Part shown: positions 41,031 through 50,401 of the stretch, in pieces
How the letters are laid out: every line of letters begins with the position of its first letter
How positions within the stretch are numbered: the stretch's first letter is position 1
Source: Bacteriovoracaceae bacterium
GTDB lineage: Bacteria; Bdellovibrionota; Bacteriovoracia; Bacteriovoracales; Bacteriovoracaceae
Assembly (NCBI GenBank): GCA_043721975.1
Contig: JAYSPR010000124.1
Location: 1-61,570, forward strand
Direction of reading: 5' to 3'
Length of the DNA: 61,570 bases
Notes under the pieces: generated by a model
Seen by the model: only the letters and a program-made list of their open reading frames with translations
Database searches by the model: none
Told to the model about the DNA's origin: nothing
Position numbers and translations under genes: made by a program

Positions 41031-41059
41031 AAAAAAGCCCTCAATTTTGAGGGCTTTTT
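41031..41059. terminator. Bidirectional intrinsic terminator
   Basis: AAAAAAGCCCTCAA-TT-TTGAGGGCTTTTT between convergent genes. Confidence 0.85.
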
Positions 41060-41070
41060 ATATAAACTAA

Positions 41071-41514
41071 TTATTCAGCAATATAATCAAAAGATTCAGC
41101 TAAAGATGTAAGTGATTTTACTTCAAGATCTTTAGTCTGGTGTCTTTGGCAGTTTCTCCAAGCAGCGATTGTGATTTCTTTTCCACCCTTATTAACAATT
41201 AGGCTTGTAGATGGAGCGTCCATACAACCAGGTCTTTGAGCATCAAGGTTGATTAACTTTCCGTTGTCAGCGATAGTTTCGATTTTATCTTTTAAGTTTG
41301 CGACTACGTTAGCAGAAAGTTTTCCGATGTTAATTCTTCGCACTGCTCTCGCTTGAGAAATCATTTTTGTCACTTGACCGTCTTCAGTTATAGTAAGTGA
41401 AGAGCTAGAGACGAAAGGTCCAAATCCAGATCCTTGATTGTATTTCAATAAAACTTCAGCAGACATAACTTGAGCACTTAAAGTGATAGCAGATAAAAGG
41501 ATAAAAAATTTCAT
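41071..41514 (-). CDS. Hypothetical secreted protein
   Basis: GGAGG SD before ATG 41514, signal peptide, CMDAPS motif. Confidence 0.75.
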   Translation of the reverse strand: MKFFILLSAITLSAQVMSAEVLLKYNQGSGFGPFVSSSSLTITEDGQVTKMISQARAVRRINIGKLSANVVANLKDKIETIADNGKLINLDAQRPGCMDAPSTSLIVNKGGKEITIAAWRNCQRHQTKDLEVKSLTSLAESFDYIAE

Positions 41515-41690
41515 AGGGCCTCCGTAGTTGATGAGATCATTAGGTGATGAGGCTGTGTAGCGTAAAGAATTGAAGAAATCTAGTTTTTCTTGGCAGATGG
41601 TGTCTATATAAAAAATGTATAGGGAAAAAGGGTGCAATCACAGTAATAATTACAGGGTACTTAGACGTAAATTGACGAAGAGTGAAATGT

Positions 41691-41990
41691 TTAAAAGCAG
41701 TTAACTGAGTGAGGGCTTAAAGAGTCGTTTTGTAGAGTCACAATGCAGTTTTCTTTATGACCTATTCCAGTTTCTTTGTTTTTTATTATTGTCACTGCTG
41801 TCACTATAATGAATTGATCCATTTCGTTTGAGATAATTTCCAAGTTAGCGATTTGAATTAAATCCCAAGTTCCAGTGCTTTGATAATAGAGTGATATTTC
41901 TTCTTGGGTCGTAGTGTAAATTTCTTTCATGACTCCCGCGTGAATTGGTGAAGCGAGAAATAATAAAAAAGCAGCAAATAAAAACTTCAT
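41691..41990 (-). CDS. Small secreted hypothetical protein
   Basis: Signal peptide MKFLFAAFLLFLASPIHA; two C-terminal Cys. Confidence 0.7.
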   Translation of the reverse strand: MKFLFAAFLLFLASPIHAGVMKEIYTTTQEEISLYYQSTGTWDLIQIANLEIISNEMDQFIIVTAVTIIKNKETGIGHKENCIVTLQNDSLSPHSVNCF

Positions 41991-42063
41991 ATAGTAATCC
42001 CCAAAATGACTTTATGAATTTGTACTTATATTGCCTATATCGGTCAAGGCTTTTTATCCCAAC

Positions 42064-43011
42064 TTAACTATGGAGGATGGTGGGAGGCATAGAGGCGCCT
42101 GAATGAAGTAGCAGGCACAGAGTAAAAAGAGTGCGCTTAAAAGGTATAGAGGACCTGATTAAAAGTAACCAAGAAGCTAGAAGCATAAAGAATGAAGCTG
42201 AAATAAAAGTGCCATTTAAAAATCGAGCAAAAAAATGAACACCTAGTACATAGATTCTAATTAAGGGCTCCCCCCAATTGAGAGGTATGAACCAGTAAGT
42301 AGAAAAAAAGATAATTAAAAGTGGAAAGATGAGACTAAAGATAAAACTTCCCATCAGAGCTAAGCTAATAGCAACAAGCGAGACATCTGCTCCAAAATAG
42401 ATTCCAAGAATAACTTGAGTTGAAAATAAAGCTAAAATTAGTTTCATTTTTGAAGATAGGCTAAAAGAAAGATAAGTGCCTATATAAAAAAAGCTATAGA
42501 TAAAGCTCATGGGAGAAAGTGCGAAATGACCTAAGCCAAATGAGATAATGAAACTAGCATAAAAAATCTTTTCCGATGAGAGTTTGAATCGGTTGAGAAT
42601 TTTCAAAAGCCCAAGTCTTTGTAAGGAATAAAATGGTGAAATAAATAGCAGACAGATATTCATGGTCCAAGTTATTTTTTTTCGAATAGATTTTTTGAAA
42701 TTGAAGAAAAACATAATTAAAAACATAAAGCTTGATAAGTGAAGCCCCGAAGGAGTGAAGAGATAGGACAAGTTCATTTTCTGAAAGGATTTTTTTGTAT
42801 AAGAAGAGATTCCTTCTTTGTGACCCGTAAAAAAGCTAAAAAGAATACTGACATTTTCCGGTTTCTTAAAATCATTTTTCATTTGAATTTGATAATTCTT
42901 CAAGAAAGCAGGCAGTGGTTTTTTGGGAGGAATAACTCCTAAGATGTGCTCGTTAGATGCCCAGATGACTAAAAGTGAGCCGACTAGGCACATTCTAAGA
43001 TAAAACTTCAT
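42064..43011 (-). CDS. ComEC/Rec2 Competence-domain membrane protein (short, divergent)
   Basis: F.KMNLSYLFTPSGLHL matches the ComEC xxSGLH motif; FIYSF; multiple TMs; no metallo-beta-lactamase domain. Confidence 0.7.
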   Translation of the reverse strand: MKFYLRMCLVGSLLVIWASNEHILGVIPPKKPLPAFLKNYQIQMKNDFKKPENVSILFSFFTGHKEGISSYTKKSFQKMNLSYLFTPSGLHLSSFMFLIMFFFNFKKSIRKKITWTMNICLLFISPFYSLQRLGLLKILNRFKLSSEKIFYASFIISFGLGHFALSPMSFIYSFFYIGTYLSFSLSSKMKLILALFSTQVILGIYFGADVSLVAISLALMGSFIFSLIFPLLIIFFSTYWFIPLNWGEPLIRIYVLGVHFFARFLNGTFISASFFMLLASWLLLIRSSIPFKRTLFTLCLLLHSGASMPPTILHS

Positions 43012-43143
43012 GCCTAAGCTATTGAAAAGGAGAAGCTTTGATAAAAGACTTAACTCTTTAAGACTAAAGAGTTAAATAGGAGCTGAGGCTCAATATTTGA
43101 TAGCAAAAAATCAAATACTGAATTTTTTCTATAGGGAAGATTT

Positions 43144-43992
43144 ATGACACTCCAGACTCTCGGATTCAAAGATCAATACGCGCAATTTTTTGCAGAAGAT
43201 GATTTGCAAGGGAATGCTTTCTATTTAAGTCGCCTTCCACATACACCGGTTGAGTGCACGCTTAAAATTAAATCAGATGTACTTTTATCAGGCCTTCCTT
43301 ATTTTGTGGGAGCTTTTGAGTTTCTTGGTGCTCAATTAGATTATAAAGAATTTGAAAAGTTTGAAGGTGCTAGCTTAAAAAAAGGTGAAGCCATTACTTT
43401 TCTTCTGCCATTTGGTTTGGCCCTCACTGGGGAAAGAATTGCTTTAAATCTTTTACAGCAGTCAACTCGCATCTCAACGATGACTCAAAAATTCGTGGAG
43501 AAAGCTTCTAGGTCACATATAAAAATTCTTGATACAAGAAAAACAACACCTGGACTTCGAGCTTTAGAAAAGTATGCAGTTCGCATAGGTGGAGCTTATA
43601 ATCATAGATTTGCACAAGCAGATGCTTGGATGATTAAAGATAATCATAAAAGTTTTTTTGGTGGCCTAAAACCAGCTTGGGATTATTTTCAAGGAATGCA
43701 GACATTTTATCAAAATATTATTGTTGAGATACATTCAATTGATGAATTAAAATTAGCTTTTGAATTGGGTGTAAAACATATCATGCTAGATAATTTTTCT
43801 GTGGAGAAATTACACGAGGCCATAAATATGAAAGTGGCAGGTGTGACATATGAAATTTCTGGTGGTGTGACAATTGATAATGTCGATCAATATTTATTAA
43901 AAGGAATTGATGCTATTAGTATCGGAGCTCTTACTCACAGTGCTCCTCATGTTGATCTTTCAATGAAAATCAAACAAGTGAGTAGTCAGTGA
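43144..43992 (+). CDS. nadC: Quinolinate phosphoribosyltransferase
   Basis: ERIALN, DTRKTTPGLR, KYAV..GG..HR, IKDNH, IMLDN and SIGALTHS. Confidence 0.95.
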   Translation: MTLQTLGFKDQYAQFFAEDDLQGNAFYLSRLPHTPVECTLKIKSDVLLSGLPYFVGAFEFLGAQLDYKEFEKFEGASLKKGEAITFLLPFGLALTGERIALNLLQQSTRISTMTQKFVEKASRSHIKILDTRKTTPGLRALEKYAVRIGGAYNHRFAQADAWMIKDNHKSFFGGLKPAWDYFQGMQTFYQNIIVEIHSIDELKLAFELGVKHIMLDNFSVEKLHEAINMKVAGVTYEISGGVTIDNVDQYLLKGIDAISIGALTHSAPHVDLSMKIKQVSSQ

Positions 43993-45545
43993 AATTTGAA
44001 TTTGATGTTCTCATTATTGGAACTGGAATTGCGGGATTATCGGCAGCCGCGGCTCTCGCAGAAAAAGGTTTGAATGTCGGGATTGTCACCAGAGAAAAAG
44101 ATCCTTCTCAAACTAACACTGTATGGGCCCAGGGTGGAATTATCTACGCCAAGGGTTCTGAAGACTCTTTAGTTCAAGATATTATGAAAGCTAGCGCTGG
44201 CACCTCATCTGAAGAAGTCGCGCGCGTGGTGGCCTATAAATCGAGTTCAATATTAGAGGATCTTTTGATTCATAAGGCTCACTCAAATTTTGAACGAGAT
44301 GAAAGTGGAGAGTTACTTTTTACTAAAGAAGCAGCTCACTCAACCCCGAGAATTCTTTATCGTGGAGACTACACTGGTAAAGATATTCAAATTACTTTAC
44401 TTAATTACTTAAAAAATAATTTTACAAATGTTAAATTTTTGACAAACCACACTGCCATCGATCTTTTAACTGCATTCCATCACGGTGTTAAAATTCAGCA
44501 ACGTTATGAAGAAATTAAAGTGCTGGGTGCATATGTTTTTAATCAAGAAACAAAAGTCGTAGAAAAAATTCGTGCTAAATTCACGATACTTGCCACAGGT
44601 GGAATTGGAGCGATTTATTTGCACCATACAAACTCTGAAGGCGCCCGTGGTGATGGTCATGCGATGGCAAAAAGAGCCGGAGCGGTCTTAACAGATCTAG
44701 AATTTATTCAATTTCATCCCACTAGTTTTTTTGGTGGATCAACTCATCGTCGTTTTTTAATAAGTGAAGCGGTAAGAGGCGAGGGTGGTATATTAGTTAA
44801 TTCCGAAGGCAAACGCTTTATGGAAAAATATCATCCAGACCAGGAGCTAGCTCCTCGTGATATTGTCGCCAGGGCCATTGCTGAAGAGATCATTGAAACT
44901 CAAAGTGACTGTGTCTATTTAGATATTACTCATAAAGATCCTGAATGGATCAAGCATAGATTCCCGACAATCTACAAACACTGCCTAGAACACGGAGTTG
45001 ATATGTGTACGGATTTAATTCCAGTCGTTCCAGCAGCTCACTATACTTGTGGTGGCGTGAAGACAGATATTAATGGGCAAACAACCTTAAAAAATCTTTA
45101 CGCTGTCGGTGAAGTCGCTTGCACGGGTTTACATGGAGCTAACCGTCTTGCTTCAACGTCTCTTCTTGAAGGAATGACCTTTGGGCATTTTGCTGCATTA
45201 GATATTTTAAAAAATGTGGATAAAGAGAAAATATATCCAGACGAATTAATAAAAAATTGGATTGATGGAACTGAAGAAGTTGATACGGCCTTAATTCATC
45301 AGGACTGGTTAACTTTAAAACAAACCATGTGGAATTATGTCGGTTTGACACGTTCAAAAGATCGTCTCTCAAGGGCCGAGGCCATGTTTAATGAACTCAG
45401 TGACGAAATTAACCGCTTCTATAAAGATGCTCGTCTTGTTGATAGCCTTATTGGACTTAGAAATGCAGTTGAAGTGGGGCATCTAGTGCTCGTGGCCTCT
45501 CGAAGAAATACCCAGTCTGTGGGATGCTTTTATAGAAAGAGTTAG
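43989..45545 (+). CDS. nadB: L-aspartate oxidase
   Basis: WAQGGI, EAAHSTPRI, FIQFHPT, LISEAVRGEG, AHYTCGG and HGANRLASTSLLE. Confidence 0.95.
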   Translation: MKFEFDVLIIGTGIAGLSAAAALAEKGLNVGIVTREKDPSQTNTVWAQGGIIYAKGSEDSLVQDIMKASAGTSSEEVARVVAYKSSSILEDLLIHKAHSNFERDESGELLFTKEAAHSTPRILYRGDYTGKDIQITLLNYLKNNFTNVKFLTNHTAIDLLTAFHHGVKIQQRYEEIKVLGAYVFNQETKVVEKIRAKFTILATGGIGAIYLHHTNSEGARGDGHAMAKRAGAVLTDLEFIQFHPTSFFGGSTHRRFLISEAVRGEGGILVNSEGKRFMEKYHPDQELAPRDIVARAIAEEIIETQSDCVYLDITHKDPEWIKHRFPTIYKHCLEHGVDMCTDLIPVVPAAHYTCGGVKTDINGQTTLKNLYAVGEVACTGLHGANRLASTSLLEGMTFGHFAALDILKNVDKEKIYPDELIKNWIDGTEEVDTALIHQDWLTLKQTMWNYVGLTRSKDRLSRAEAMFNELSDEINRFYKDARLVDSLIGLRNAVEVGHLVLVASRRNTQSVGCFYRKS

Positions 45546-46743
45546 TTGTTTTTAATTTTCGATCTTTTGACATGAAACAATAATTTTTTTATTTTCTTAG
45601 GCAAGTTTGGTAATTTATAATTTAAAAAAATATTTAATTTCGTTAAAATGCTTTGTTCTTTGGAATATAAGCTAATGGCTTTTTTATGATAAGGTAAAAG
45701 ATTTCCCATTTCAGCAAATTCAAACAGAGGATCAGCTAATACATTGAGAAAGTGTTGGTGGTCTGGATGCTCTTCTAGGTGAATAGCCTGTTTTAAAAAT
45801 TGTTCTTCTGGCATGGTCTGCCAATCAGCGATTAATGAGAAATAAATTCTATCAACTTTTATGGTCTTAAAGATTTTTACAAACTCCGGCATTTCTCTAT
45901 AGTTTTGTTGTTGAACAACGAAATTAACTAAAAGATAAGAAAATTTTTTTATCTTGAAATCATAACTTTGAAAGATGTTTCATGTTTTCGATGACAATGG
46001 CCCAATCTCCACCTTTTCTTATTTTTAAATAACTTGCTTCAGATGTGGCATCGATAGAGACACTAATATTCCCAATGTTGTTATGAATTTTGTGGAGTCT
46101 TTCCCACGTTCTCGAAGTTAATAAAATTCCATTGGTCTGAAAATCAAATTTCAAATTAGGATAGAGTGATCCATCTATCTCTTTGAGAAATTCTCTGAAA
46201 GCCTGGGCAGCAAAAGGATCTCCTGATCCGGTTACATTAATGTTGATTTTCTCACGAGGATTCATAAAAAGCTCAGCCATGATTTTTTTAATAATTGACT
46301 GTGTTTCTAAATGTTCAGAAGAATTTAAGGTGAAACTTATTTTATGAGGGCGACAGCTAGGGCAAGAGAGATTGCATGAAGGATCAAAGGAAAACATTAC
46401 ATTTTGTGGCATTCGCTCGAGTTTTGTTTGTTTGTTATCAACAATACTTCTTAAATTTTTATCGAGTTCAAAATGTTTTTTTAAAAGCTTGACCTGGATA
46501 TGAGGACATATTTCTTTTTTGTAATAAGTATAACTTCTATCCAGTATTGATTTACGAATATCTTGAACTTTTTTGGAATTCCAAATTGAATTGAGACTTT
46601 CAGCTTAAGTCTCCAACATCTGTTCTCGTCTATGTTGGGCAACAAAGATAGGCTTTAGAATCAAAGTGGAGCTCTATGCTAGTGAAAGGCTGTTCACAGT
46701 AGAGACCTTGAAGTTTGTTTTCTGTTTCTGGGGCATTTTGCAT
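45542..46743 (-). pseudogene. Disrupted radical SAM protein with an N-terminal SPASM-like Cys region
   Basis: Reconstructed across frames: YCEQPF..YLCCPT*..SIWNS..IRKSILD..CP..CNLSCPSC..GSGDPF..FQTNG..SIDA..FVVQ..NYREM. It has two internal stops and two frameshifts. Confidence 0.8.
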
Positions 46744-46919
46744 GAAATAATCATAGCATTGAAGACTTATGAGGGGCAAGTTATTGTTTATTTGAATTTT
46801 TAAAATTGTCTATGTTGACTACAGTAGGCTACAAAAAATTCAGACCTCCCCACCATTTTCAAAGAAAACGCTATTGTATCTATAGATTATAAAATGATAA
46901 CGATAACAAAGAGAAAGCT

Positions 46920-48257
46920 ATGAAAATGCACAAGAAAGCAAATAGTCTGATCAGAGTCATGTCAGCGGCACTGATTGTAATGAGTCTGCCACTTCATGCT
47001 GAAGAAATTATTTTACCTCAAATTTCAGCCCCTTCATACCTTGAAGAAGGAGTGCAAAGAGAGCTATCTATTTCACAAATTGCAGAACTTTTACCCTGGG
47101 CCAATAATTCAAAAATGTTTCTTCAAGATTTACTTGATCAAGTTCAAGGTTTGCCGGTAGATCAAAAAATTGAACAGCTTTCAGAAGGAATTAAGCAGGT
47201 TGTTGTAGAGAGTTCATCAAAGAGCTCTGAACTTATTATGAGATTTGCACTCAACAGATCATTGGTGCTTTTAGAAACTCTGAGTAAGGAATCTAGTGAT
47301 GAGTTTGCTGGTACAGTCGATGCCAAACTTCGAGTGTTAACGACTTCTATTCATTTTGCTTTAAAGTATCACGATGTCGATTTAGCTTATTTAACGAAAA
47401 AAACAGCATTACCTTATACTGCTTTTGGAAAAGATTATTTTTCTTTAGTACACGAATTAAATAAGTCTATTTTCGATGCTTCAGCTCAATTTGCAGTAGA
47501 GAGACTTGCCCTTGAGTTTTTACAGTGGGATTTATATCGCGATATCAATAATACAGTGAATGCACCTCAGATCGTTAAAATCAATAATGCCCTAAAAATG
47601 TATCCTAAGAAGTCTTCATCCGACCGCTCGGCCATTGGGTATATTCAACAGATGAAAAAGCTTATTAGACAACTTAATTTAAATGATAAAACTGCTTTGA
47701 AAATTGAAATAGCTTCAGAAGATCGACCAAGCATTTTGCCAGAGCGTCTTTTAGAAGTGAGACCGACTTCTCCGGATTATTTAAATGATCCAAGTGGTTA
47801 TTGCCGAGCTGTTAATGGCAATGGAAAATTGTCTAATGAAAACTACCACGAATCAAAGATGTGCGCTTATCAATATCTTGTTGATAGATCGGGCTACTGC
47901 CGAGCTGCTGACATGAGAGGCAATTTATCAATGACTGATTATTATGAATCGAGTAAGTGTGCTTCTCAGTATCTAGTGGATAGATCAGGATACTGTCGAG
48001 CTGCTGATACAAAAGGTAATTTGGCCATGACTGATTATTTTGAGTCGACTAAATGTGCTTCTCAATACCTGGTGGATAGATCAGGTTACTGCCGAGCTGC
48101 AGATGCGAAAGAAAATCTGGCCATGACTGATTATCATGAATCGAAGAAATGTGCCTCTAGTTTCAAGACAGATAGATCTGGATATTGTCGAGCTGCAGAT
48201 GCAAAAGGTAATCTGGCCATGACTGATTATTATGATTCAATGAAGTGTTCAAGATAG
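46920..48257 (+). CDS. Secreted protein: helical N-domain plus five Cys-paired 32-aa repeats
   Basis: Signal peptide ending LHA; C-terminal tandem repeats. Confidence 0.85.
   Translation: MKMHKKANSLIRVMSAALIVMSLPLHAEEIILPQISAPSYLEEGVQRELSISQIAELLPWANNSKMFLQDLLDQVQGLPVDQKIEQLSEGIKQVVVESSSKSSELIMRFALNRSLVLLETLSKESSDEFAGTVDAKLRVLTTSIHFALKYHDVDLAYLTKKTALPYTAFGKDYFSLVHELNKSIFDASAQFAVERLALEFLQWDLYRDINNTVNAPQIVKINNALKMYPKKSSSDRSAIGYIQQMKKLIRQLNLNDKTALKIEIASEDRPSILPERLLEVRPTSPDYLNDPSGYCRAVNGNGKLSNENYHESKMCAYQYLVDRSGYCRAADMRGNLSMTDYYESSKCASQYLVDRSGYCRAADTKGNLAMTDYFESTKCASQYLVDRSGYCRAADAKENLAMTDYHESKKCASSFKTDRSGYCRAADAKGNLAMTDYYDSMKCSR
47778..48254 (+). repeat. Coding tandem repeat, 5 x 96 nt
   Basis: YLVDRSGYCRAADxKGNLAMTDYxESxKCASQ units starting at 47778, 47874, 47970, 48066 and 48162. 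Confidence 0.92.
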
Positions 48258-48275
48258 CACTCAAAGTTAAGATGG

Positions 48276-48304
48276 TGAGCTTCACACTTTTGGCGTGAAG
48301 CTCA
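48276..48304. terminator. Hairpin between convergent genes
   Basis: TGAGCTTCAC...GTGAAGCTCA 10-bp stem; no strong T-tract. Confidence 0.55.
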
Positions 48305-48445
48305 GTGGTAGGTAGAAGGCCCTTAGAATTTTCAAATCCCTTTAAAAATTAAAAGTTAAGATATTTCCCTCAGCAAGTGAGTGATCTAGAGATCCATGAG
48401 GGAGGTCTGTGACTGCTCTCAAAATGTTTTAAAAAAAGATAAGGC

Positions 48446-48883
48446 TCAAGCACTCAGGTCAAGAAATTCGGCAAGGCTTGAGATTTTCGTATGAACCCCA
48501 GTCCCCACCGATTCGTAGGCGAAACTTCCCGTGCTATTGCCTTTGTCTATTTCAGAGTCTTTTAGACTGCTAAGTCCCCAGATGCAATTTTCCCAAGTAG
48601 TTGATTCAAAATTGCAATCTGTAAGTCGTGAGAATTTGAACTTGCAATTAATAAACGTGCACTTAAGAAAAAGACAGTTAACTAGTTGAGATCCAAAGAA
48701 GGTGCAATTTTCAAAAATTACTTCTTCAAAAACGACCTCTTGAAATAAGCTTCCAGAAATCGCTAAATCAGAATAAGATATTGATTTAATTGTCATATCT
48801 TCAAAGTTTTGGTGAGCTTCATGGCCTAAAGTAGCTTCGGATTTCAAAAACAAATCTTCGATAAAATAAGTTAATGTCTCCAT
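48446..48883 (-). CDS. Pentapeptide repeat protein
   Basis: SLFQE VVFEE VIFEN CTFFG SQLVN CLFLK CTFIN CKFKF SRLTD CNFES periodicity. Confidence 0.85.
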   Translation of the reverse strand: METLTYFIEDLFLKSEATLGHEAHQNFEDMTIKSISYSDLAISGSLFQEVVFEEVIFENCTFFGSQLVNCLFLKCTFINCKFKFSRLTDCNFESTTWENCIWGLSSLKDSEIDKGNSTGSFAYESVGTGVHTKISSLAEFLDLSA

Positions 48884-48931
48884 GCCGCTACCCCTTCTTT
48901 TTAAGAGCTTAAAAAGCCCTTTCCTGCCCTT

Positions 48932-48960
48932 AGAATATCAAACTAGATCAATTGCGTCAA
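48932..48960 (-). promoter_or_regulatory. Sigma-70 promoter of the pentapeptide gene
   Basis: TTGACG-17 nt-TATTCT with an extended TG. Confidence 0.6.
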
Positions 48961-48974
48961 GTAATAAAATTGCA

Positions 48975-49001
48975 TCAAGAAATTTTTTTGCATTCCGATA
49001 A
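48975..49001 (+). promoter_or_regulatory. Sigma-28 (FliA)-like promoter of the XRE operon
   Basis: TCAA-15 nt-TCCGATAA. Confidence 0.55.
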
Positions 49002-49034
49002 TGCTTTTAGGGATTTAGGACAGGAGAAAATTGC

Positions 49035-49613
49035 ATGGCAGAATTTAAGCGCACTAAACTTGAGGTTTTTCTAGGGGTTACAAGAAAATACATGCAAGTG
49101 CGTGGTGCAATGTCACAAAAAGACCTAGCTGAACAAACCGATGTGGGGATTTCGACCATGAGCCGCTTCCTCTCGCAGAAGTCTACAGAGCTAAACCCGC
49201 AGTTGATTGCGAAGATTACAGCGAAACTCAATATACCTCTTCACGAAATGATTGATTTTGTCGAAGAAGATTTTGCGGATCGTTTTATAAGGCTCGTGAA
49301 GTTCTATAAAGATGAATTAAAAGAAGAAGATCTTGAAGTCAGTGAATTGGTAAATGCAACACCAGATCCTCTTAAAGAAAAAATCGAAGCTGAAGAGAAC
49401 GAACTTAAACTTCGTAGAGAAGAAGATAAAGTGAAAGCAGCCGCTAAAAATAATACTGATAAGAGCATAAGAGAAAAGCTTGAAAGCTTAACCCCAAGAC
49501 AGCGAGCCTTTATGACAGAGTTTCTTAATTTAAAATTAGAAGAGAGAGATTTGATTGTCGATCTAGGAAACAATATGTTTCAGTATTTTAAAATGAAAGG
49601 AATGGATATATGA
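49035..49613 (+). CDS. XRE-family HTH transcriptional regulator
   Basis: MSQKDLAEQTDVGISTMSRF...KITAKLNI; AGGAG SD. Confidence 0.85.
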   Translation: MAEFKRTKLEVFLGVTRKYMQVRGAMSQKDLAEQTDVGISTMSRFLSQKSTELNPQLIAKITAKLNIPLHEMIDFVEEDFADRFIRLVKFYKDELKEEDLEVSELVNATPDPLKEKIEAEENELKLRREEDKVKAAAKNNTDKSIREKLESLTPRQRAFMTEFLNLKLEERDLIVDLGNNMFQYFKMKGMDI

Positions 49614-50401
49614 AAAAAGCCATAGTGATGGGGATGATTATAAGTCTACTCTCAAGTCTGTCTCCTTTAATGGCCAATCCTTTAAAGATGGAAATGATTT
49701 TTTTATCTCCCACTAAAGTCTCAATGCTTTTAGAAATCATAAAAAGATATGATCAAATGAAATCTTCCAAGCATTATGCTCAAGCTGATATGGATAAATG
49801 TATTCCAATGGGCGAGGGGTGCTTCCACCCACAATTGGGGTATATTGAAAATAAAGTAGAAGTTAAAGAGACACCCTCGTTGGAAGAAAGAAAATTAGAA
49901 TTGAAAACGTTCAATGCTTTAGAAACGAGTCTGATTAACTGTGATAAAAATAATTATTTTGATATTTTTTGTGGCAAAGAAAGACCTAACGCTCCTCCTT
50001 CAGAAGTAGAAGTCTGGTTTGATGTTTCATCGTCTTTAAAAACAGTTGATTATAATAAAGATCCAGAAAGATGTGACCGCCGGACCTTTATGGAAAAAAT
50101 CATGCAAGGCTGTAAGAGTAAAGTAAGTGTCTCCATATACAACACTTCGATTAAGCAAATAGCAGATCATGCCAGTTCATGTCTAGCTTATGGAACAAAT
50201 GACCAAGGCAAGCTCTTAAGGTGGATGAAAGATTCAAAGGCCAAGCACTTACTTATCGTCACCGATATAGATGAAATGTCATCTGAGATGCGTGAATTTC
50301 TCGAGAGTTCGGGCGCAAAAATGACTGGAGATGGCACTAAAGCATTTACTTCTAATGATCTCGTTGACTATGCAAAAGAATTTATTAAAATGTGCAGATA
50401 G
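49610..50401 (+). CDS. Secreted protein with a vWA/MIDAS-like C-terminal domain
   Basis: Signal peptide; VEVWFDVSSS (DxSxS) and LLIVTD; several Cys. Confidence 0.6.
   Translation: MKKAIVMGMIISLLSSLSPLMANPLKMEMIFLSPTKVSMLLEIIKRYDQMKSSKHYAQADMDKCIPMGEGCFHPQLGYIENKVEVKETPSLEERKLELKTFNALETSLINCDKNNYFDIFCGKERPNAPPSEVEVWFDVSSSLKTVDYNKDPERCDRRTFMEKIMQGCKSKVSVSIYNTSIKQIADHASSCLAYGTNDQGKLLRWMKDSKAKHLLIVTDIDEMSSEMREFLESSGAKMTGDGTKAFTSNDLVDYAKEFIKMCR

Noticed and set aside
45542-46743. Stop-codon reassignment, Sec or Pyl explaining the internal TAG/TGA
   Set aside because: Frameshifts are also required, and TAG/TGA end many intact genes in the window.
47778-48254. Regular repeats as a CRISPR array
   Set aside because: Units are 96 nt, in frame, with synonymous variation and no unique spacers; no cas genes are present.
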